Positions 38,959-46,700 of a stretch of 64,000 nucleotides of DNA are shown in pieces. The position numbers and the translations under genes are program-made. The notes beneath the pieces were generated by a model, which worked only from the letters and a program-made list of their open reading frames with translations, did not search any database and was not told where the DNA came from. Each line of letters starts with the position of its first letter. Position 1 is the stretch's first letter. The stretch comes from Nanobdellota archaeon (GTDB lineage Archaea > Nanobdellota > Nanobdellia > Pacearchaeales > GW2011-AR1): NCBI GenBank assembly GCA_038044745.1, contig JBBSZK010000002.1:35790-99789 (forward strand), read 5' to 3'.

Positions 38959-40410
38959 CTATGCTCCATTGACCGTAAGTTGCATATGGCGCGTTGCACG
39001 TCTATGCGAAGGTCTATGACATGTCGATTCTGTTCTAATGACTTGAATATCATTACGTTGATCTTTATCTATAATTTCCTCTAGATATAATGGATCAATG
39101 GCAGGATTGACCTCTTGCATGCCTATTGCTTCTGCAATATGATGATAGTGATCAACCATTAATCTAACTCCATTTCGACCTAAGCTAGTAGGTGTAGCAA
39201 CTGGTTGTTTATGTGTGTATCTATTATAATCTGCTGAAAGTACACGTAATTCTCCTGCCATGTTACGTTCAAATCCGCTTCCTGGGTGAGGGGTAATAAA
39301 CGAGATATAGGTAATAACGCCAGGCAATCTTCCTGTTTCTTCAATAAATACTGCGTTTTCAGCAAGTGTTTCTGGAGTTTCGCCTGGATATCCAAACATA
39401 TACACAGGATTGACTTTACATCCACTCTCTAATAGAACGTCAAATGCTCCGCGAATGGTACGTGCTTTAACGCCCTTGTCCATAGCATCAAGCATGGCTT
39501 GAGAGACTGATTCTACGCCAGTATGGATTGTATCAACTCCTGCTGCGACCATTTGCCTTATAAGGTCTGGCTTTATGCCATCAATGCGCGATTTAGCCTT
39601 ATAGTTTAACCCTAAGTTAGCTTGTTCAATAGCTCCAAAAAGCTCAGCACACCATTTTCCATTTAAGGTAATTGTTTCGTCTTTGAAGTGTACTCGCTTA
39701 AATCCAAATCCATTAAGCATTTCAAGTTCAGCTAAAATATTTTCAATAGAACGCCTGCGATAGCGATATTCCCATAGTTCATTGAGCGTGCAGTGATCGC
39801 AAGCCATTGGACAACCACGCGCTGCATATATTCCTGCAGGCGACATCTTAGCATATTCTTCAACTGGTACCAAATCATAGGCAGGCAGGGGGATTGTGTC
39901 TAAGTCTTTGATAAGTTCCTTATCGGGCATGCGCACAATATTATCTCCATCCCTAAACGCAACTCCCTTTAGATCTGTTTTATTTAAAGTACCTTCAGCA
40001 ACTCGTAAGACTTTGGACAATCCCTCTTCTCCTTCCCCAAATATTACATAATCAATTGCTCCAGTTCGCAAAACAACATCCGCGTTAAACGTAGGATATA
40101 ATCCGCCCATGACAGTTATTTTGCCCATTTCTTTAGCTTTTCGCAAGATAGCTAACGAATCTGGAGATTCAGCTGTACATGCTCCAATTCCTACCACATC
40201 AGAATCTCTAAGGTCTTGTTCAAGGTTGCGAGGAATGCCGAGAGCCTTGTTAAGTCGATAGTCTATAACTCTCACATGAGTTCCATTTCGATCTTGAACA
40301 TAGCCTGCAAGGTACAAAAGACCTAACGGAATGCCGACGTCTCCTGCGTATCCTTGTTTCTTAACTGGGAACTTAATTTCAGGCTTAATGAGAGTCAATT
40401 TAGCTGTCAT
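38959..40410 (-). CDS. B12-binding radical SAM enzyme (class B radical SAM)
   Basis: N-terminal cobalamin-binding-like Rossmann segment (DVVGIGACTAESPDS...ITVMGG). CxxxCxxC cluster ARGCPMACDHC. 483 aa. Confidence 0.75.
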   Translation of the reverse strand: MTAKLTLIKPEIKFPVKKQGYAGDVGIPLGLLYLAGYVQDRNGTHVRVIDYRLNKALGIPRNLEQDLRDSDVVGIGACTAESPDSLAILRKAKEMGKITVMGGLYPTFNADVVLRTGAIDYVIFGEGEEGLSKVLRVAEGTLNKTDLKGVAFRDGDNIVRMPDKELIKDLDTIPLPAYDLVPVEEYAKMSPAGIYAARGCPMACDHCTLNELWEYRYRRRSIENILAELEMLNGFGFKRVHFKDETITLNGKWCAELFGAIEQANLGLNYKAKSRIDGIKPDLIRQMVAAGVDTIHTGVESVSQAMLDAMDKGVKARTIRGAFDVLLESGCKVNPVYMFGYPGETPETLAENAVFIEETGRLPGVITYISFITPHPGSGFERNMAGELRVLSADYNRYTHKQPVATPTSLGRNGVRLMVDHYHHIAEAIGMQEVNPAIDPLYLEEIIDKDQRNDIQVIRTESTCHRPSHRRATRHMQLTVNGA

Positions 40411-40501
40411 TGTAAAATTACTACAAAAGTAAATTATTTAAACCCTGTTTAACTTTTTATTGAACAAAATGGAGTCTGTAAAGTAGATTACTCTGACTAA
40501 A

Positions 40502-41746
40502 ATGGAAGAAAAAACCTTTGCAATATACCCTAGCGATAAGAAAGATTATGACCTAAAGATCGTTCCAGACATAGCAGACGGCAAGTTGTTAACAGTTTTT
40601 TGTTCTTTTACTTTCATTACTCCAAACTATTCTATTCTTTTTACTTTAGAGCAATTGAGAAAATTTGCCAGCTCGGGCAATTATCAAGTGCATATTGTGC
40701 TGTGGGATATGAATATCTTAGCTAATCCTTACTTCGAAAAACTCTATTCCCTTAAGAAAATTGCTCATCCCTCTTCTTTTATTGATGATAAAGTTCAAGA
40801 GATAAAGGCTATCACCAGCTCTATGGGTTTTAATAAAGAAAAAGTATTAGTTTACAAATCTTCAGATTTATGGAAACGCCTTATTTCCTATAAAGATGAT
40901 GATCTATTCCAGGAGTTTTATTCTATTCTGGCTCAAATGAAGACTACGAGTTTTCATGTTTCAGGCGATAAGATATCTCACATGATCCAAATCCCTATGG
41001 ACATTTTCTTTTGCAACCATTTCCATAAATTGTATCCAGAAGACGTTGAACGTCCTATTGATTTAGTCTTTTTCGGAGAAAATAAAGAAGAGCTTTATCT
41101 GGCTTGTAGGGAACTTATGATTTCCAAGCGTATTGTCCAACATAAAAACCCTCTGTTTATTCTCATGAAGAATATACCTTATTTGCTGTTCAATAACATT
41201 ACTCCCGAATGGAATATGAGCTTAAGAGAAATTAAAGACATTGTTGTGGGATGCAATCCTTCCAAAAAGGACTTATTCACTCTTCTTAGTCATCTTGATG
41301 AAATTTCAGGTTTTGTTCGTATAAAGAAAAAAGGATATAATCAGGATTTAGAATATTCTTCTTTTTACAAAGAATATAAGAATATTTTAACAGAAGAATT
41401 ATTCCAAATTCTGGCAGATAATCTCTATCTTTTCTTTCAAGATAGAAAGAAGAAGTATCTGAAGGCTACTGGGGAGATTGAAGAAACAATTCTTAACCTC
41501 TCAAAAAAGAATGATGTCCAAGAAATGGGTTCGATATTGAAGAGCACGATTGCATTAGATATCCTTCTGAAAGCAGATGGGACTCGCACAACTACAGATA
41601 TAGCCAAGGAATTGAATAAGTCTATCGCTACTATAAGCACCTATGCTAATGATCTTAAGAAGATGAAGCTTATTCGGGTTTTGCCTGAAGGCAAGCTTAA
41701 AAGAAATATTAAAGGTGTGAAGATTAATCTAGAACTGGGAATTTAG
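40502..41746 (+). CDS. hypothetical protein with C-terminal winged-helix HTH; N-terminal domain weakly resembles a degenerate class I aaRS (TrpRS/TyrRS-like) Rossmann fold
   Basis: C-terminal TTDIAKELNKSIATISTYANDLKKMKLIRV is a wHTH. N-terminal LLTVFCSFTFITPNYSILFTLEQL...HIVLWDMNILANP has the pattern of the TrpRS HIGH region but lacks HIGH. Confidence 0.35.
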   Translation: MEEKTFAIYPSDKKDYDLKIVPDIADGKLLTVFCSFTFITPNYSILFTLEQLRKFASSGNYQVHIVLWDMNILANPYFEKLYSLKKIAHPSSFIDDKVQEIKAITSSMGFNKEKVLVYKSSDLWKRLISYKDDDLFQEFYSILAQMKTTSFHVSGDKISHMIQIPMDIFFCNHFHKLYPEDVERPIDLVFFGENKEELYLACRELMISKRIVQHKNPLFILMKNIPYLLFNNITPEWNMSLREIKDIVVGCNPSKKDLFTLLSHLDEISGFVRIKKKGYNQDLEYSSFYKEYKNILTEELFQILADNLYLFFQDRKKKYLKATGEIEETILNLSKKNDVQEMGSILKSTIALDILLKADGTRTTTDIAKELNKSIATISTYANDLKKMKLIRVLPEGKLKRNIKGVKINLELGI

Positions 41747-41927
41747 TTTATGGGTTTTGGATAGGATAAAGATTGGTTTTGTGATGAGATCTATCAAATT
41801 GCTGATGAGAACAAGGACTATTTACCATTGTCTAAGATTCAGTTAAAATCTTTAGCTAATTAAACGAAGTAACGGTTATCGATAAGTGAGGGATAGATTT
41901 ATATAACTCTGTTATGTATGAAAATTA

Positions 41928-43358
41928 ATGGGTGATAAGGCATTATTTATCTTATCTCTAGTTTTTTTTGCGGTCTTATTATCTTCTTTGCATTTTTCAT
42001 CAGCTATTGAAATTGAATACAACCTTACTTACGATGCAAACGGTAACCTCATACAAGGTTTCGATAAGTATTTTGAATATGACGGTTTAAACAGATTGAC
42101 TGAAGTAAGAGAAAGCGATGAGAATGGAGTTCTTCTAGAACAATATTTTTATGATTCAGTTGGAAATCGTATCAAAAAAATAACCTATAATGGCGCGCAA
42201 AACGAAACTACTTACTATATTGATAAAAATTTTGTTCAAGTTGTAAACAGTTCAGGCACCTTTAACTATACTTACTATTATGCTGACGGCCTACTATTAG
42301 CTGCTAAAGACCCTTCTGGAAAAAAGCAATTCTATCATCCAGATCATCTAGGAAGTACGAACCTTATAACCAATGAATCAGGACAAATAATAGAGAACAC
42401 AATTTACTCTCCTTACGGAGAAGTAACTGACGAGGGACAAGAAAGCCGTTATCTTTTTACAGGCAAGGAGTTTGACCGCAGTACCGATTTATATTATTAT
42501 GGCGCTCGATATTATGATCCTATTACTAATCATTTTATCCAACCAGATTCTCAGATTCAAGACGTATACAATCCGCAAGACCTAAATCGATATTCTTATG
42601 CTCGTAATAACCCGTATAGATATACCGACCCTTCTGGAAATGCGGTTAATCTTGTTACAGGAGCCATTGGAGCTACTATAGGTGGTGGAGCTTCATTTAT
42701 CATCTCAGTTATATCTCAGTATTCTTCAACAGGACAAGTCAATTGGGCTGACGCAGGCAAAGATACTGCTGCAGGTTTAGTTGCAGGAGGAGTAAGCGGT
42801 CTAACATTTGGTGCTGGTGCTGTTTTGTTGGGGGGAGAGCTATCTTCTGGTTCGATAATGATTCTTATGGGTGCCTCGGGATCCCTTGGATCAGGGGTAG
42901 GACAAATAACATCGAACTTACTTTATGATAGAGCGATTACAGATAATGTACCGCAAGCCGCTATTGCAGGCGGAGCTTTATCAGTAGCAACTGCAGGAGC
43001 AGTTAAAGGTGGGTCTTCTATACTTAAATCACTAAATATAAATTCAGGATTTAATAAATTAAATTTTGCTAGTAAAGAAGCTCTTATTAAACATTTTGAG
43101 TCGCATGGAAACGATTTTGGTTTTACTTCATCCAATCAATATTTAAAAGCAAGTCAGAATTTCTTGGCTGGAAAAGCAGGAAAAGGGGTTTTGGAATATA
43201 CTCGACCAATCGGTGATGTTGTAAGATATAATCCTCAAACAAATGAGTTTGGAGTTAAAACTGCTCAAGGGACTATAAGAACTTACTTTAAACCTACGGA
43301 AGGAGCAAGATACTATGCAAGCGATAAAGCCAATTACTTACCGGAGGTAGATGAATGA
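41928..43358 (+). CDS. secreted RHS/YD-repeat protein with RHS repeat-associated core and C-terminal polymorphic toxin domain (type unassigned)
   Basis: Signal peptide MGDKALFILSLVFFAVLLSSLHFSSA. YD repeats (YFYDSVGNRIKKITYNG). RHS core hallmark YYGARYYDPITNHFIQPD ... NPYRYTDPSGN. C-terminus has Gly-zipper GAIGATIGGGASFIISVIS and a ~150-aa unique tail. Confidence 0.75.
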   Translation: MGDKALFILSLVFFAVLLSSLHFSSAIEIEYNLTYDANGNLIQGFDKYFEYDGLNRLTEVRESDENGVLLEQYFYDSVGNRIKKITYNGAQNETTYYIDKNFVQVVNSSGTFNYTYYYADGLLLAAKDPSGKKQFYHPDHLGSTNLITNESGQIIENTIYSPYGEVTDEGQESRYLFTGKEFDRSTDLYYYGARYYDPITNHFIQPDSQIQDVYNPQDLNRYSYARNNPYRYTDPSGNAVNLVTGAIGATIGGGASFIISVISQYSSTGQVNWADAGKDTAAGLVAGGVSGLTFGAGAVLLGGELSSGSIMILMGASGSLGSGVGQITSNLLYDRAITDNVPQAAIAGGALSVATAGAVKGGSSILKSLNINSGFNKLNFASKEALIKHFESHGNDFGFTSSNQYLKASQNFLAGKAGKGVLEYTRPIGDVVRYNPQTNEFGVKTAQGTIRTYFKPTEGARYYASDKANYLPEVDE

Positions 43359-43786
43359 GCAGTAGAAGAAAAGAAACAATTAAACATGATGAAAGCCCTG
43401 TAAGAAAAATAGTACAAGACTCTAAAAGAGAAAAGTATAACAAATTTTTAAGCTTAAAGGCCGCCCTACATTATAAAGATGCTTATCTCGTTATGGAAGG
43501 AGATTGTGGAGGACAGATTTATTTAACTGTTCCAGTAAAATTTGTAAAATGTAATGAAAAAACCCTTAGAAGTCTTTTGAATGAAATAGATTCTTTGGCT
43601 TGGAAAGACCCAGAATGCGCAGGTTTTTATTTTGAAAGAAGACCTAAAGGAGAGATTCTTATAGGCGGTATGGGGGGAGGAAAGATTCAAGACGATCTAT
43701 GGGTGCATAAAGAACTTGAATATCTCAAGGAAAAAATAAGATTAATTTTGAAAGGAAAGGTTAACGCAGATGATTTGATAAAATGA
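43355..43786 (+). CDS. putative cognate immunity protein of the RHS toxin
   Basis: 143-aa ORF whose start overlaps the toxin stop (ATGA). This is the canonical position for polymorphic-toxin immunity genes. No known motif. Confidence 0.45.
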   Translation: MSSRRKETIKHDESPVRKIVQDSKREKYNKFLSLKAALHYKDAYLVMEGDCGGQIYLTVPVKFVKCNEKTLRSLLNEIDSLAWKDPECAGFYFERRPKGEILIGGMGGGKIQDDLWVHKELEYLKEKIRLILKGKVNADDLIK

Positions 43787-46700
43787 GAAGAAAATCTAAA
43801 ATTGTAATAACCTTGGTCTTTTTTATTTGTCTTGTAATTATTGCCATGTCATCGGTAAAGGCAATAGGCCCTTTACCAATCTATCTACAAGACCCTATTG
43901 TTCCTGATTCTCCCTTATCACTTCAAAGCAGGTCAGAGACAGACGTATACACAGGAGCATTTACTCAGAATTTCCCTATTCAATTACCTCTAGGTACCAA
44001 TGGGTTAAAACCCTCTTTATCTTTATATTATAATAGTCATATGTTTGATTCTCCAAGACAGAGTTTGATAGGTAATGGTTGGGATGTACAGTTAAATTAT
44101 ATAGAAAGAAGAACTAATTACACTGCTTCTAATATTTCGGACGATTACTACGTTATTGTTTTTAACGGAATCAAAGAAGAGAATTTAATTTACGACCCAG
44201 TTCAAAGATCGTATGAGACAAAAATAAGGAACTTTTTTTATATTTCTAATTTAAGTGGAGGACAAGGCACGGGAGGTTTATATTGGACAGTAAAAACTGG
44301 GGACGGATCTATATATAGATTCGGTTATTGGAATAATTCTTTATTGAAGGCTGGACTTTATAACTATACATCACGATGGTATCTTGATTTAGTTAATGAC
44401 ACCTATGGAAACCAAATTTTTTACAATTATAGCATTAACCCTTATGCAAATGATAGTTCTGCAGTTTATCCACTTTCAATAGAATATAATAACGATAGAC
44501 AGAGAAAAATAGAATTTGTTCTAACTTCAGTAGATAGAATCGATAAGAAGACTCAATATATAGAAGGTAGTTTTATCAGATTAAGTCGAGCAATAAAAGA
44601 AGTTAGGATTTTAGCTAATGGTTCTCTTGTCAGAAAGTATGATTTGGGATACAACGGTACAGATTATCGAAATCTTTTAATAAATTTAACTGAATTTGGT
44701 TCAAATAACTCTCTTTCATTAAGCCCAATATCTTTTAATTATTCATCATCTTCTAAGAATTTTACCAACATAAATTCTCAGTGGTCTATTCCTTCGGGGG
44801 TATTCTTTCATATAGGTTGGACTAATGGGGGGAGTGATACGGGTGTTCGCTTGGCCGATATCAATAGAGACGGCAAGGTAGATTTATTAAAGGCCTATTG
44901 TAATTCTAACACCTATTCGTGCTATCAAAATCCAAATCAAATAGATAGAGCAGTGTGGTTGAATAATGGAAGCGGGTGGACAAGCTCAAATCTTCAATTG
45001 CCACCTATTCCTTTTGGTGTTAGCTATAATTGGGACAGCGGAGCAAGAATTATAGATATAAACGGAGATGGTTTTACAGACATAGTACAAACTTGGATAG
45101 ATGATCAGGATCCGAATAAAGTTATAAGAGAAACGTGGTTAAATAATGGTACGGCTTTCATAAATAATACTAACTGGAGTATTGAATCCGACATTTTCTT
45201 TCACATGGGATGGGTTGATGGAGGGAGTGATACTGGAATAAGAATTGCAGATTTAAACGGAGACTCGTTACCTGACCTAGCAAAAAGTTATTGTAACAAC
45301 CCGCCGTGGTTATGTTCAAATCCTGAAAGAAAGGTATGGATTAATACTGGAAAGGGTTGGAGAAATGACTCTGGAATTTCCTTACCGCCGGTCACTTTCA
45401 GAGTTAGTAATCACGCAGAACCTGGCACATTCATAAATGATTTAAATGGAGATGGACTAGCAGATGTTGTTCAATATTGGAGGCAAGATGATTTCTCTTC
45501 GGATCAACCAACACAATTAAGTGTGTGGTTAAATAATGGAAGCGGATTTAACAATTTTACCTCTAATTGGAGCATGCCTTCAGAAGCATTCTACGTAGGA
45601 TATACTAATGGAGGTATGGATAACGGTGTTCGTTTAATAGACATAAATGGAGACAATCTTATTGATGTCATCCAAGCGAGATGTTACTCTAATACTCGAG
45701 GGTGTTATGATTCACCAGGGCTTATTCAAAAAAATGTTTGGTTAAATAATGGAAAAGGGTGGGTTCTAGACCAAAACTGGAGTCTGCCTGATCCAATTGC
45801 CTTAATTAACAATTATAACTGGGATCCTGGTACAAGAATGGCAGATATCAACGGGGATGGGATTACCGATTTTATACAGCTATGGCAGGACGGGTCTGAT
45901 GAAATTAAAGATATTTGGATAAATAATGGTCAAAAAGGATATATTCTTCAGTCAGTTAAAAATCAATTTGGAGGTATTACTCGCGCCTCGTACAAACAGT
46001 CAACTCTTCTAAATAATACAGGCGTAGACACTTTAAATGATATTGGTTTCAATTTGTGGGTAGTTGAAAATATAAGCAAGGACAATGGATTAAACACTTC
46101 GCATAAGGTTATACAGGTTGCTCGATATAATTATGTGGGAGCATTATACGAATATCCTACAAAAGAATACAGAGGGTTTGCATATAGTCGTGAGAATTTA
46201 AGTGAAGGAATAATCAAAGAACATTATTTTCTACAAGAAGAAGGCAACAGAGGTCAAGAATATCTCATTAAATTAAGTAACAAAAGCGGTTCGTTGTACA
46301 CAACCATTTATAGAGATTGGAAATTATCTTTTAGCAATGGTTTATATAAGCTAGAATTAAAAAACATAACTGAACTAGTTTATGATGGTTTGGCAATTAA
46401 CCCTCGTCCACGCCTTACTGTTTTTAATTATGATCAATTTGGGAATATAATAGTAAAACAACTATTGGGAGATCCTCAAAACTTAGAAGATGATACATAT
46501 GAATATTTTGAATATGCTACAAATAATAGTACATGGATAATCAATAAAGTTAAAAATTATACTTTGTACGGGAGCGATAACCAAACCAAGTTTAGACAAA
46601 CGCTTTATTATTATGATAATTTAGTATATGGTGGCTCTCCAACTAAAGGAAGTATCACGAAGAAAGAGGAATGGTTAAGCGGAGGAACAAATCCTTTAAC

